In this document: piece by piece, positions 27,220-36,444 of the stretch
How positions within the stretch are numbered: the stretch's first letter is position 1
Layout: each line of letters opens with the position of its first letter
Source of the DNA: an uncultured delta proteobacterium
Lineage (GTDB): Bacteria > Myxococcota_A > UBA9160 > SZUA-336
DNA: 64,000 nucleotides
Direction of reading: 5' to 3'
Assembly: GCA_963704165.1 (NCBI GenBank)
Contig: CAVPHD010000010.1
Coordinates: forward strand, 32,001-96,000
Made by a program: the position numbers and the translations under genes
The notes under the pieces: model-generated
What the model saw: only the letters and a program-made list of their open reading frames with translations
Told to the model about the DNA's origin: nothing
Database searches by the model: none

Positions 27220-28703
27220 AGCTACCTCGGGTCCTCTCGAGCGTTCTCTCGCGGCTCCCCGTTCGAACCGCGATGCATGCGATCGACACCCGGTTCGCGT
27301 GGGCGCGCGAATCCGACCTGCCGGGTGTCTCGTCGCTGCTCGGATTCGGCGTCGACGGCAGCGTCGAGCAGGCGTCCGGGCGCGTCGACGGCGTCCTACA
27401 CGTCCCCGAGATCCGGATTGCGCGGCTCGACCTTCCCGGCGTGCGATCCCGCGAGGCGCGGCAGATCGCCGCGCGCCGTCGAGCGGATCTGCTCGACGAC
27501 GAATCGGAGTCACTGCACGTCTCGAGCTTGATCCGAGCGACGCCCACGGGAAGCGTGCTCTGGCTCGTCTCGGGTCCGAAAGATGTCTGCCGCGAGCTGG
27601 ACGCGGAGATGGCGGCGCGCGGGATCCGAGCGGACCGACTTCTTCCGCTGAGTCTCGCTCTCGGCGGACTCGCACGACTGCTTCCGCCGGCCATGGACGA
27701 CGGACTCACGGCGATCCTCTGGATCGAGTCGGAGTGGAGTCACTGCGTCGTCGCCGATGCCCAGGGTTGGCGCTTCGATCGCCAGATCCCCCTCAAGCTC
27801 GGATTCGAGCTGCCACCCGAGGAGGCCCCGGCGAACGCCGTCGCCTGGCAGGAAGAGGATCACCAGTTCGTCGAGCACGTCACCGTCGAGCTCGATCGCA
27901 CCTTCACCTACGTCGAGCGACACCTGGCACTGGGCAAGGTCTCGCGCATCTGCGTCTGCGGCCCGCTCGCGGGTCTCGAATCGCTCGAGCACGCGCTGAT
28001 CGCGAATCAGAGCCTGGAAGTCATGCGCGTCGGCGGTCGCTCGCTCGACGCGCTGGGTACCGCGCCGCATCCCGCGGCGGCCGGAGCGCTCGGAGCCGTG
28101 GCCCTCGGAGGCTCGGCCTCGGACGCCTCGCTTCTGCCGAGGGAACTCGCCGCACCGCGGCACGCCGCGCGCGCGCGCCGCCGTCTCCTCGGTCTTGCGA
28201 TCGCGTCGTCCCTGCTCGCGCTGCTCGCGCTCGCGTACGCGGTCTGGGGTGCGGCCGTGATCTCGGCCGCGGCCGAGCGGGTGCATGCGGAGGCGAGGCG
28301 CTGGGACAGCGAGCGCGAAGGCCTCGCCCGACTCGCGGCGGAGCGCGAACGCGCGCAGCGGGTGTTCGACGCCGCTTCGACGCTCGCGCGCCCGGAACCT
28401 CCCTGGTCGGCGCTGCTCGTCGTGCTCGGCGGTTTGATGCCGGAGCATCTCTTCGTCGAGCGACTCGCCATCGTGCCCGAGAACGGCGGCTGGGGGATGG
28501 AGATCTGGCTCGACTCCGAGGGCTTGCGCGAATCGGAAGCGGCGGAGGCCGCGGAGAAGCTGCGGGGTCGGCTCTCCACGCTGTCGCTCTTCCGCGTCGT
28601 CGGACTCGAGATCGAGCAGCCGGCGGGGGCTGCTTCAGAAATGCGCTTTCGGATCGACGCGTGGGTCGCGCCGGTCGGCGAGGGAGCGCCCGATGACGAG
28701 TAG
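27216..28703 (+). CDS. PilM/PilN (GspL-like) assembly protein
   Basis: Cytoplasmic actin-like region (VELDRTFTY, ICVCG), SLLP motif, TM helix, coiled coil and PilN-like WSALL..L..LMP; operon position. Confidence 0.6.
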   Translation: MKLPRVLSSVLSRLPVRTAMHAIDTRFAWARESDLPGVSSLLGFGVDGSVEQASGRVDGVLHVPEIRIARLDLPGVRSREARQIAARRRADLLDDESESLHVSSLIRATPTGSVLWLVSGPKDVCRELDAEMAARGIRADRLLPLSLALGGLARLLPPAMDDGLTAILWIESEWSHCVVADAQGWRFDRQIPLKLGFELPPEEAPANAVAWQEEDHQFVEHVTVELDRTFTYVERHLALGKVSRICVCGPLAGLESLEHALIANQSLEVMRVGGRSLDALGTAPHPAAAGALGAVALGGSASDASLLPRELAAPRHAARARRRLLGLAIASSLLALLALAYAVWGAAVISAAAERVHAEARRWDSEREGLARLAAERERAQRVFDAASTLARPEPPWSALLVVLGGLMPEHLFVERLAIVPENGGWGMEIWLDSEGLRESEAAEAAEKLRGRLSTLSLFRVVGLEIEQPAGAASEMRFRIDAWVAPVGEGAPDDE

Positions 28704-29298
28704 GCGTCCGGTGTTTCTCGACGGAACCAACGCGGGGCTCCTGGCCGTGATCGTGGCGGTGCCGCTTCTCGCGATGGTCCTCACGGCGGGTCCGATCCGA
28801 AGATTCGCGCAGCGCGCGATCGAGTCGCAGGAGCGCCAGAGCGTCGAGATCTCACGCCTCGTCGAGAAGAAGCGCGCACTCACCCCGGTCGAGCCGAGCG
28901 AGCGCGAGCGCGTGGACGCGACGCTCGCGAGCTTCGAGGCCAACGTCGCTTCCCTCGGCGAGGAGCCAGACACGCAACTCGTGCACGAGCTGTCGGCCCT
29001 GATCGAGTCGTCGGGTGCCCGCGACGTCCGCGTGCAGCTCTCGCCCCCCGTTCCTGATCAAGAACCGCGGTCGCCGATCGTCGTCGCCTCACTCGCGGGC
29101 GACCGTTCGGTCTCGCTCGTCCCGAACCCGGCTCGCATCGCGATGCGCAGCGATTTCGATGGACTCCGCGCCGTGCTCGACCGGATGGCGGCACCCGGTC
29201 ATTCGATCCAGATCGACTCCGCGGTCTTCGTGCGCGAAGGCGAGAGCATCCGCGCCGAGTTCGACGTCACGTACTGGAGCCGGGAGAGCGTGCCATGA
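28693..29298 (+). CDS. PilO/GspM-like protein
   Basis: N-terminal TM helix, coiled coil and ferredoxin-like C-terminus (SDFDGLRAVLDRM); operon position. Confidence 0.55.
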   Translation: MTSRRPVFLDGTNAGLLAVIVAVPLLAMVLTAGPIRRFAQRAIESQERQSVEISRLVEKKRALTPVEPSERERVDATLASFEANVASLGEEPDTQLVHELSALIESSGARDVRVQLSPPVPDQEPRSPIVVASLAGDRSVSLVPNPARIAMRSDFDGLRAVLDRMAAPGHSIQIDSAVFVREGESIRAEFDVTYWSRESVP

Positions 29299-29834
29299 GA
29301 CGCCGCATCGTCGCCCCGCTGCTCGTCGCCGCTGCGCTCGCGATCGGCGTCCAGAACTGGCTCTTCTTCTACGGAGGAAGCGCGAGCACCCCGATCGCGG
29401 CGACGGACGAGGAGATCGCGGCCGCCGAGAGCGGCGACGACGCCCTCGCTTCCGAACAGGCGTCCGCGGCGATCGTGCGGCCGCCTCCGATTCTCGGCGC
29501 GCCCGCATTGGCCACGCTGCTCGTGACCTTCGACGGGCTTCGCTCGCCGTTCCTGCCCAAGGGCATCGGAAGCTCGGAGGGCCACGGAATTCCGAGCCTG
29601 ACGGGGCTCTTGATCGGCGCGGAGCGTCGGATCGCCTGGCTCGGAAGTCACGCCCGGAGCGAGGGCGAGCTCTACCAGGGATTCAAGGTCGCGCGCGTCG
29701 AGCCCGCGCGCGTCGTACTCGAGCGAGACGGTCGCCGCTTCTCGCTCTGGCTCGACGCCCCCGACGCGTCCGACGCGTCCGACGCCACCGATCTCGATCG
29801 AATGCCCGGCCTCGAGGAGGAAAAGACACCATGA
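29295..29834 (+). CDS. PilP/GspC/MshK-like protein
   Basis: TM helix, RSPF, then LTGLLIG..IAWL..EGE..GFKVARVEPARVVL, an HR/PilP-like beta domain. Confidence 0.55.
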   Translation: MRRRIVAPLLVAAALAIGVQNWLFFYGGSASTPIAATDEEIAAAESGDDALASEQASAAIVRPPPILGAPALATLLVTFDGLRSPFLPKGIGSSEGHGIPSLTGLLIGAERRIAWLGSHARSEGELYQGFKVARVEPARVVLERDGRRFSLWLDAPDASDASDATDLDRMPGLEEEKTP

Positions 29835-31573
29835 GAGTCCTGCCACTCTGTCTCGCCGGGCTGGTCACGCTCAGCATCGGCTGCGCGACCCTGCCGGGCG
29901 CGCCCCCGACACCGGAAAGCGACGGAGACGCCGGGTCCCCACCGGCTTCCGAGCCCGCGCCGGATCTGGCCCCCCGGATGCTCTCGGTACCCGACGAGCG
30001 GCCGCGCGACCCGATCGTGCGGCTGATGTCCGAGGGGCGTTACACCCTGAACGTTCAGAACGCCGATCTGGTTGGCGTCCTTCTCGGCCTCACCCACGAT
30101 CTTCCGATCAACGTCGTCGTCGATCCCGGGATCACCGGCACGGTCGATGCCGACCTGAAGAACGTCTCGCTGCTCGACCTGCTCGACCAGCTCGTCGTCG
30201 CGCGCGGCTATCAGTACCGGATCGAGGGTCGGACGGTCCGCGTCCTTCGGACCGATCGAACCACCCGGACCTGGCAGATCGACTACCCGAGCACGCGGCA
30301 GATCGGCGCGTCGCAGTTCAGCATCAGCGGCGCGGTCGCGCAGTCCATCTCCGACTCGAGCTCCTCTTCGTCGGAGGGCTCGAGCAGCGGTGGCGGCAGC
30401 TCCCAGGACACCAGCACCTCCGCGATCTCGACCGAGCTCGCGCTCGACTTCTGGAGCGAGATCGAACGCGGCGTGCGCCAGCTCGTCGACGGCAGCGACG
30501 GCTCGGCGGCGCCCGCCGACACGGATGCGAGCGCCACGCCGTCCGGCTCCATCGCGGGCTCGGGAGGCCGGAGCGTGCTCGTCTCGCGCCAGGCGGGAAT
30601 CCTGATCGTGACGGCGCCCGAGGCGATTCTCGAGCAGGTCGATCGCTATCTCTCGCTGGCCTCGCGAAGCATCGGCCGGCAGGTCTTGATCGACGCGCGC
30701 ATCATCGAGGTGACGCTCGGGGACGAGCTCGACCTCGGTGTCGACATCGAGTACTCGCCGAGCCTCGATTCGACCGATGGTCTGCACCCGATCGGCACGA
30801 TCGTGCGGGCGATCACCGGCGGACTCACCCGCGACAACGCCATCGGGGCTTCCGATCTCGCGCCGGTTCTGACCAGCGGTGGCTTCAGCTTCGGGATCGC
30901 CACCGACACCGTCGGCGTGATGATCAGTGCCCTCGCCCGGCAGAGCGACGTGCGCGTCGTCTCCACGCCGCGGATCGCGACCCTGAACAACCACAAGGCG
31001 ATCGTGAAAGTCGTGCGGAACGAGGTGTACTTCATCGCCGAGACGGAAGTCTCGGTGATCGCGAACGTCGGGCAGTCCGCCGTGACCACGTTCACGCCGA
31101 GCATCACTCCCGTCGGCGTGACGCTCGACGTGACTCCTCAGATCTCCGACGACCGCGACGTCACCCTGCACGTCCACCCGAGCGTCTCCGAGATCGTCGA
31201 GGTCCGCGAACAGCCGCAAGTCGAGGGGCAGACGGCCACCGGAAGTCTTCCCGTCGTCAATCTGCGCGAAACCGATTCGGTCGTTCGCGTCCGTGACGGA
31301 GAGACGCTCGTGATCGGCGGGCTGATCCAGACGCGCGACCTCGACATCGAGAAGAAGATCCCCCTGCTAGGCGACATCCCGTGGCTGGGGCAGCTCTTCC
31401 GTCAGTCGGACGTCACCGAAACCCGCTCCGAGCTCGTCATCTTCCTCACCCCGACCGTTCTCGACGCGCCGACGGTCCGCCGCGTCGATCGGGACAGCGA
31501 GGCGCGTCTCCAGGCGCTCGACGACACCCGAATCGAACGACGCGTGATCGAGTCGCGTTGGTGGAGAAAATGA
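29831..31573 (+). CDS. secretin, MshL-like lipoprotein
   Basis: Lipobox LSIGC; Ser/Gly-rich loop; QVLIDARIIEV, STPRIATLNNHKA, GVTLDVTPQI, GETLVIGGLI and KIPLLGDIPWLGQLF motifs. Confidence 0.9.
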   Translation: MRVLPLCLAGLVTLSIGCATLPGAPPTPESDGDAGSPPASEPAPDLAPRMLSVPDERPRDPIVRLMSEGRYTLNVQNADLVGVLLGLTHDLPINVVVDPGITGTVDADLKNVSLLDLLDQLVVARGYQYRIEGRTVRVLRTDRTTRTWQIDYPSTRQIGASQFSISGAVAQSISDSSSSSSEGSSSGGGSSQDTSTSAISTELALDFWSEIERGVRQLVDGSDGSAAPADTDASATPSGSIAGSGGRSVLVSRQAGILIVTAPEAILEQVDRYLSLASRSIGRQVLIDARIIEVTLGDELDLGVDIEYSPSLDSTDGLHPIGTIVRAITGGLTRDNAIGASDLAPVLTSGGFSFGIATDTVGVMISALARQSDVRVVSTPRIATLNNHKAIVKVVRNEVYFIAETEVSVIANVGQSAVTTFTPSITPVGVTLDVTPQISDDRDVTLHVHPSVSEIVEVREQPQVEGQTATGSLPVVNLRETDSVVRVRDGETLVIGGLIQTRDLDIEKKIPLLGDIPWLGQLFRQSDVTETRSELVIFLTPTVLDAPTVRRVDRDSEARLQALDDTRIERRVIESRWWRK

Positions 31574-32307
31574 TGCTGCGGACTGCGAATCTCACGGTCT
31601 GTCTCGGGGCGCTCTCGCTGGCGCTCCTCGTTCCCGGGGCCGCCTTCCCAGGCTCCGGATCGCTCGATGACTACGAGCGCAGCGCCGGCGCCTTCGCCGA
31701 CGGCCTGGCCCTGGCCGAGCGCGGGCTCGACGACGACGCTTCGAGCGCGTACGAGGAGGCGATCCGGCTCGACGCGGGATTCGTCGAGGCGATGGTCAAC
31801 CTCGCGCGAGTCCGGCTGCAGCAGGGCGAGACGAGGCAGGCCCGTGAGCTGCTCGACCGAGCGCTGCGGCTCGCCCCCGCCTATCCATCGGTTCACACGG
31901 TTCGCGGGCTCGAGGCTCGCGCGCGCGGAGATCTCAACGAGTCCATGCGCGCGTTCTCCCGCGCCCGCTCGCTCGATCCCGAGAACTCGGAGATCCTCTC
32001 GAATCTCGGCGCGGTCCTGCTCGAGCTCGGCTTCGACGACGACGCGCGCCGCGTCCTCGAGGAGGCCCGGCGGATCGCGCCCGATCGTCCGGAGCCCGCG
32101 TTGGCGCTCGCGCTCGTCTTCGAGCGGAAGGGAGATCGCGCCCGCGCCGCGTTCTTCTACGGCCAGTTCCTCCGGCTCGTCGGCACGCGCGATCCGGATC
32201 GAGCGGCCGTCGAAACACGCCTCGGGCAGCTCGACCCGCGATCGGTAAAGACCGGGCCACAGGTCTCCGAGATACCCGGAGAGAGCATTCCAACTGAGTC
32301 ACATTGA
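31570..32307 (+). CDS. TPR-repeat protein with signal peptide (MshN/pilotin-like position)
   Basis: Repeated TPR helices (YEEAIRLDAG..AMVNLA; FSRARSLDPEN..LSNLG); ATG overlaps the secretin stop. Confidence 0.8.
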   Translation: MMLRTANLTVCLGALSLALLVPGAAFPGSGSLDDYERSAGAFADGLALAERGLDDDASSAYEEAIRLDAGFVEAMVNLARVRLQQGETRQARELLDRALRLAPAYPSVHTVRGLEARARGDLNESMRAFSRARSLDPENSEILSNLGAVLLELGFDDDARRVLEEARRIAPDRPEPALALALVFERKGDRARAAFFYGQFLRLVGTRDPDRAAVETRLGQLDPRSVKTGPQVSEIPGESIPTESH

Positions 32308-32345
32308 ACGATATCAATGACTGAGTCACATCACTTCATGAGTCA
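32293..32345. repeat. 12-bp direct repeat with nested inverted repeat upstream of the pilin gene
   Basis: ACTGAGTCACAT at 32293-32304 and 32320-32331; ATTGA..TCAAT between them; third TGAGTCA at 32339-32345. Confidence 0.75.
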
Positions 32346-32355
32346 GGAGTCGGAC

Positions 32356-33039
32356 ATGGTTCGTCGCAGAGCAGAAGCCGGTTTCACACTGATCGAAATC
32401 CTCGTGGCGGTCGCGATCCTCGCGATCGCGTCCGCGGCCCTCACCCCGATGGTGGTGAAGTACGTCAACGACGGCCGGAGAGCTCGCGCCGTCTCGGACG
32501 CCAACACGCTCGGACAGGCGATCCTCGCCTTCCAGCTCGACACCGGCCGCTGGCCGGTCTCGAACGACGGCATCGTCACGGATGCGGGCGAGGTGTCGCG
32601 GCTCGTCGGGTTGCCCGCGGCGTCGATCGTCGCGGCGAACATCCCCACCGGCGTCGCCACGGTGCCCGGTGCGGTGAACTGGCGCGGCGGCGGCAACGGC
32701 GGCACCGCGGCTGCGATCGAGGACCTGCTGATCAACAACTACAGCACGACCGTCAATCCGCTGTATCCGGCCAGCCTGAATCCGGCGGCGACGCCGGGTT
32801 GGAACGGCCCCTACATCAAGGAGGTGCCGATCGATCCGTGGGGGAACCCGTACGTCGTGAACGTGCGCTACCTGGACGGAGCGACGGTCACCACGACCGC
32901 GATCGAGCTGACGCACGCCGTGGTCGTGATCTCGGCCGGGCCGAACAATCTCTTCGAAACCTCGTTCCAGGACGCGACGGCGCTCGCCACCGTCGGTGGC
33001 GACGACATCGCCTGGGTCGTCGAGGGACAGCGCCCGTAG
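32356..33039 (+). CDS. gspG: GspG-like major pseudopilin/pilin
   Basis: AG|FTLIEILVAVAIL, FQLDTGRWP, GWNGPYIKEVPIDPWGNPY and ISAGPN motifs; AGGAG RBS before ATG 32356. Confidence 0.85.
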   Translation: MVRRRAEAGFTLIEILVAVAILAIASAALTPMVVKYVNDGRRARAVSDANTLGQAILAFQLDTGRWPVSNDGIVTDAGEVSRLVGLPAASIVAANIPTGVATVPGAVNWRGGGNGGTAAAIEDLLINNYSTTVNPLYPASLNPAATPGWNGPYIKEVPIDPWGNPYVVNVRYLDGATVTTTAIELTHAVVVISAGPNNLFETSFQDATALATVGGDDIAWVVEGQRP

Positions 33040-33080
33040 TCGGCGGGTCGCTTCTGTCCGAGGAACCTGTCCGCGGGCGC

Positions 33081-33112
33081 TCGACCCCTCGGCCTCGAGG
33101 CCGAGGGGTCGA
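33081..33112. terminator. perfect 32-bp palindrome between convergent genes (probable bidirectional terminator)
   Basis: TCGACCCCTCGGCCTC followed directly by its reverse complement GAGGCCGAGGGGTCGA; no U-tract. Confidence 0.6.
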
Positions 33113-33123
33113 CCCCACCGGGT

Positions 33124-35190
33124 TCAGCGAGGCGTGAGCAGCGTCGGCGGCTGCAGGGACGTCGACGAGGAGCCGCCCGAGCTCGCTTCGCAGAGAGCCG
33201 CCCCGAACTCGCTCGCGCCGACGTCCCAAGCCCCCGTGCTCGAGGTACCGCGGCAGCCTCCGAACGCGTCGTCGTACACCCAGACGTCGCGATTCGACGA
33301 GGCGCTGAAGCTGTATCCGGTGTCGACCGCACCCGCGCTTCCACTGCCGAGGCGGAAGTTGCTGATTCGCGTCGAACCGCGCGCCGGCACCGTCGTGGCG
33401 AACGGATTCGGCGTGCGAATCAGCAGGTTGTTCGAAGCCGTGAACGCGCTGCTGTTGCCGACGGCGCCGGTGAAGCTCGGAGCGACCAGCAGGTTGTTCC
33501 GGGAGAAACAGTTCTGCGTACAGCCGGTACCGGTGCCCCGCAGGCTGGTGAAGCTGAAGGGACTCGAGATGGACTGGTTGAAGTAGAGCGTGTTGTTGTA
33601 GACGTGGACATTGCCGGTCGGCGTGCTGCCCGATCGAGCCGCCGTCGGGCTTCCCGTCACCTGGACGAACGAAAGGCCGCCAGTGAAGCCGCCCTGCAGG
33701 TCGTAGACGTTGTTTCGAATCGTCATCCCGCCGCCCTGGATCTCGTAGATCGCGGCCTTCGAGGCGGCCGTGTCGTCCGGCCAGTAGTGGTAGTTGCGTT
33801 CGAAGATGAAGTCGTGCGTCGGGGTGATGTTCCCGGAGAGTGCGGCCGCACATCCGGACGGCTCGCCGCAGTTGCAGCCGTTGTCGACGCAGGTCCGCAC
33901 GGTGTAGAAGTAGTTCGCCGCGCTCTCTTCGAAGGAATTGTCGCTCAGGATCACGAAACGCCCCGCCATCTGGGCGGCCGAGCCGGACGACACCGCGGGC
34001 CAGCGCGTGTTGTCGCCGTCGTCCTGGCGCAGCTGGAGGTGCTCGTGGCCGTTCGCCGCGTTCAAGAACGAGATGTGCGAGAAGAGGTAGTGCTGCGTGT
34101 GACGGGACCGGATCGACGCGGCGGTTCCGACACCTCGCGGGTCGTAACTGAACGTTCCGCCCATCCAGAGCGCGTAGTTCGAACTCACCCAGGACCCATA
34201 GCTCACGGCGGTGGTACCCGTGCAGTCCATGTCGATGAAGGCGTGCAGCACCGGGTACTGGTCCCACGCCTCCGGCGGCCAGAAGTTCGACTCGTCGAAG
34301 CAGGCATTCGGGTAGTCGGTCGCGTCGACCCGGAGGAACGTGGTGTAGTCGTTGTTCACGGTCAGGAAGAGGCAGCTGTTCCCGCAGTCGCGGTAGGAGA
34401 GATCCAGGTAGGTCCAGCGGTCCCCCGATTCCATTAGGGCCCCGTTCAAGTCGAGAATCGGGCGCGCCCCGCTGCCGAACGCCTCGACGAAGCCGGGGGT
34501 CGCACCCTCGAACATGCGGACCCCGTTGGACGCCTGGAACCGGTCGCCGCGGCGCAGCAGCACCCGCCGCTGTCGTGTCGTCGCCGCGGCGCAGTCGCTG
34601 GCACCCGAGCAATTGTCTCCGGCCGTGAGCGCGGACTGCAGGCTCGACGTCACCGTGCAATTGTCGTCGATGGCGCAGTTCAGCGGGCAGCCGCTCCAGT
34701 TCGAGCCGTCGTTGGCGAAGCAGAACGTGTCCGCGGCGCTGAAGTAGGTCGTCCGATCGCCGACGACCACGGGGCGGGTCGTCGTGCTCACCTGCCCGTT
34801 CGGATTGGTGACGGTGAGCGTGACGGTGTAGGTGCCGGGCTGCTCGTAGACGTGGCCGGCGATGGCACCGACATCGCTGTTCTTCGAGACGGGCGTGGTG
34901 GTCGCAGCGGCGGCACCACTCGTCCACACCCCGCTCCCCGGGTCGCCGAAGTCCCAGGCGAAGCGGAGCGAATGGAACGGCCGGCTGAACTCCGGGTCGG
35001 TCGTCTCCGGCGTCTGGTAGGGCGTCGCCGAAAGCGCGCCCTGACCGATCGCATCGAAGTGCACCGCACACGGAGCGAGGCATGTGGTGCCTTGGATCTT
35101 CCGTGCCGTGAAGCTCGCATTCGGCGCCGCGACGGCGGTGCCGGTCGCGAAGCCCATCAGGAAGATCGTCATCAGGATTCTCGAGTTCAT
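33124..35190 (-). CDS. secreted PKD-domain / beta-helix-like protein, Cys-, Thr- and Ser-rich
   Basis: Signal peptide; PKD signature WDFGD..HVYEQPGTYTVTLTV; LLRRGD; Asn-rich repeats (IRNNV, VYNNT, SRNNL); L..GS.GAVDTG..D..G..R..WDVGASE tail. Confidence 0.75.
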   Translation of the reverse strand: MNSRILMTIFLMGFATGTAVAAPNASFTARKIQGTTCLAPCAVHFDAIGQGALSATPYQTPETTDPEFSRPFHSLRFAWDFGDPGSGVWTSGAAAATTTPVSKNSDVGAIAGHVYEQPGTYTVTLTVTNPNGQVSTTTRPVVVGDRTTYFSAADTFCFANDGSNWSGCPLNCAIDDNCTVTSSLQSALTAGDNCSGASDCAAATTRQRRVLLRRGDRFQASNGVRMFEGATPGFVEAFGSGARPILDLNGALMESGDRWTYLDLSYRDCGNSCLFLTVNNDYTTFLRVDATDYPNACFDESNFWPPEAWDQYPVLHAFIDMDCTGTTAVSYGSWVSSNYALWMGGTFSYDPRGVGTAASIRSRHTQHYLFSHISFLNAANGHEHLQLRQDDGDNTRWPAVSSGSAAQMAGRFVILSDNSFEESAANYFYTVRTCVDNGCNCGEPSGCAAALSGNITPTHDFIFERNYHYWPDDTAASKAAIYEIQGGGMTIRNNVYDLQGGFTGGLSFVQVTGSPTAARSGSTPTGNVHVYNNTLYFNQSISSPFSFTSLRGTGTGCTQNCFSRNNLLVAPSFTGAVGNSSAFTASNNLLIRTPNPFATTVPARGSTRISNFRLGSGSAGAVDTGYSFSASSNRDVWVYDDAFGGCRGTSSTGAWDVGASEFGAALCEASSGGSSSTSLQPPTLLTPR

Positions 35191-35553
35191 GTCTTTGCGC
35201 TCCTATCGCGACCTGCCGGAACATCGGCCTCGTCGGCGCGGCGGACCGTGATGGTCCCCACATCGGAGCCACTCCCCCACTGCCGGATCGGCCTCCGCGC
35301 CTGTAACGGGTAGCAGATTCGACCTGCACGAGAAACGAAAACCGGATGCATCCACGGGTAGTTGCACACGAACGGGTGCACGCGATCGGGGGCGGCGCGA
35401 GCGCTCGCGGAATTCCCCCGTGGGCGCGCGGTTTATTCGCCGCGACTGCCGATCTCCTGCCGCTGCGAGCGGCCCGCGAGCAGAGTCCGGGGATCCCGCC
35501 TTTGCGCGGCCGGATTTCGCAGGGCAGGATCTCCTCGGGGGGCCCGGCTGCCG

Positions 35554-36444
35554 ATGCAACGACGTTACGTCGTGATCACGCCCACACGCGACGAAGAGAG
35601 GACGGTCGAGGCGACCCTGCGCTCGATGATCGCCCAGACCGTGCGCCCCGAGCGCTGGGTGATCGTGAACGACGGCTCGACCGATGGCACGCGGGAGATC
35701 ATCACGCGTCATCTCGCAGGGAATCCGTGGATCGAGCTCGTCGATCGGGAAGATCGCGGCTTCCGGGCGCTCGGCGGCGGAGTGGTCCAGGCCTTCGAAG
35801 ACGGCCTTGCGCGCGCGGGCGGCGACTGGGACTTCGTCGTGAAGCTCGACGCCGATCTCGAGTTCGGTCCCGACTACTTCGAGCGCATGCTGCGCCACTT
35901 CGAAGAGCGTCCGAAGCTCGGCATGGCGAGTGGAAAGACATTCCTGTTGCGCGACGGCGTGAAATCGATCGAGTGGTGCCCCGACGAGCACGTGCGCGGA
36001 CCGGCGAAGATGTACGCACGTGCCTGCTTCGAGGCGATCGGCGGGCTCGAGCCCGTGCGCGGATGGGACATGATCGACGAGACGAAGGCGCAGATGGCCG
36101 GCTTCGAGACCCGAAGCTTCATCGAGGACGAGCTGATCCACCTGCGGCCGATCGACGGACGTCAGGAGAACGTCCTCCGCAGCCGCTATGAGATGGGTCG
36201 GCTGTACTGGTACCTCGGCTATCACTGGCTCTATCACGCGATCCGCTCGGCGCGAAGCGTCGTCCAGGACTACCCACGCCCCTTCGGAGGCCTGATGCTG
36301 TTTGCGGGCTACGTCGCCGCTGCACTCTCGCGAGCACCGCGTTACGACGCGCGCTACGTCGCGTTCGTCCAGCGAAGCCAGAAGAGCCGGCTCCGTCTCT
36401 CGCACCTGCGCCGTTTTCTCAAGGCGACCGCGAGGTCGAGCTAG
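35554..36444 (+). CDS. GT2 glycosyltransferase
   Basis: [24 protein letters not shown] and GWD motifs. Confidence 0.88.
   Translation: MQRRYVVITPTRDEERTVEATLRSMIAQTVRPERWVIVNDGSTDGTREIITRHLAGNPWIELVDREDRGFRALGGGVVQAFEDGLARAGGDWDFVVKLDADLEFGPDYFERMLRHFEERPKLGMASGKTFLLRDGVKSIEWCPDEHVRGPAKMYARACFEAIGGLEPVRGWDMIDETKAQMAGFETRSFIEDELIHLRPIDGRQENVLRSRYEMGRLYWYLGYHWLYHAIRSARSVVQDYPRPFGGLMLFAGYVAAALSRAPRYDARYVAFVQRSQKSRLRLSHLRRFLKATARSS

Noticed and set aside
29753..29790. 9-bp tandem repeat (CCGACGCGT-like)
   Set aside because: In-frame, encodes a low-complexity linker DAPDASDASDAT.
30355..30420. Ser/Gly-rich low-complexity stretch in the secretin
   Set aside because: Normal disordered loop of MshL-type secretins.
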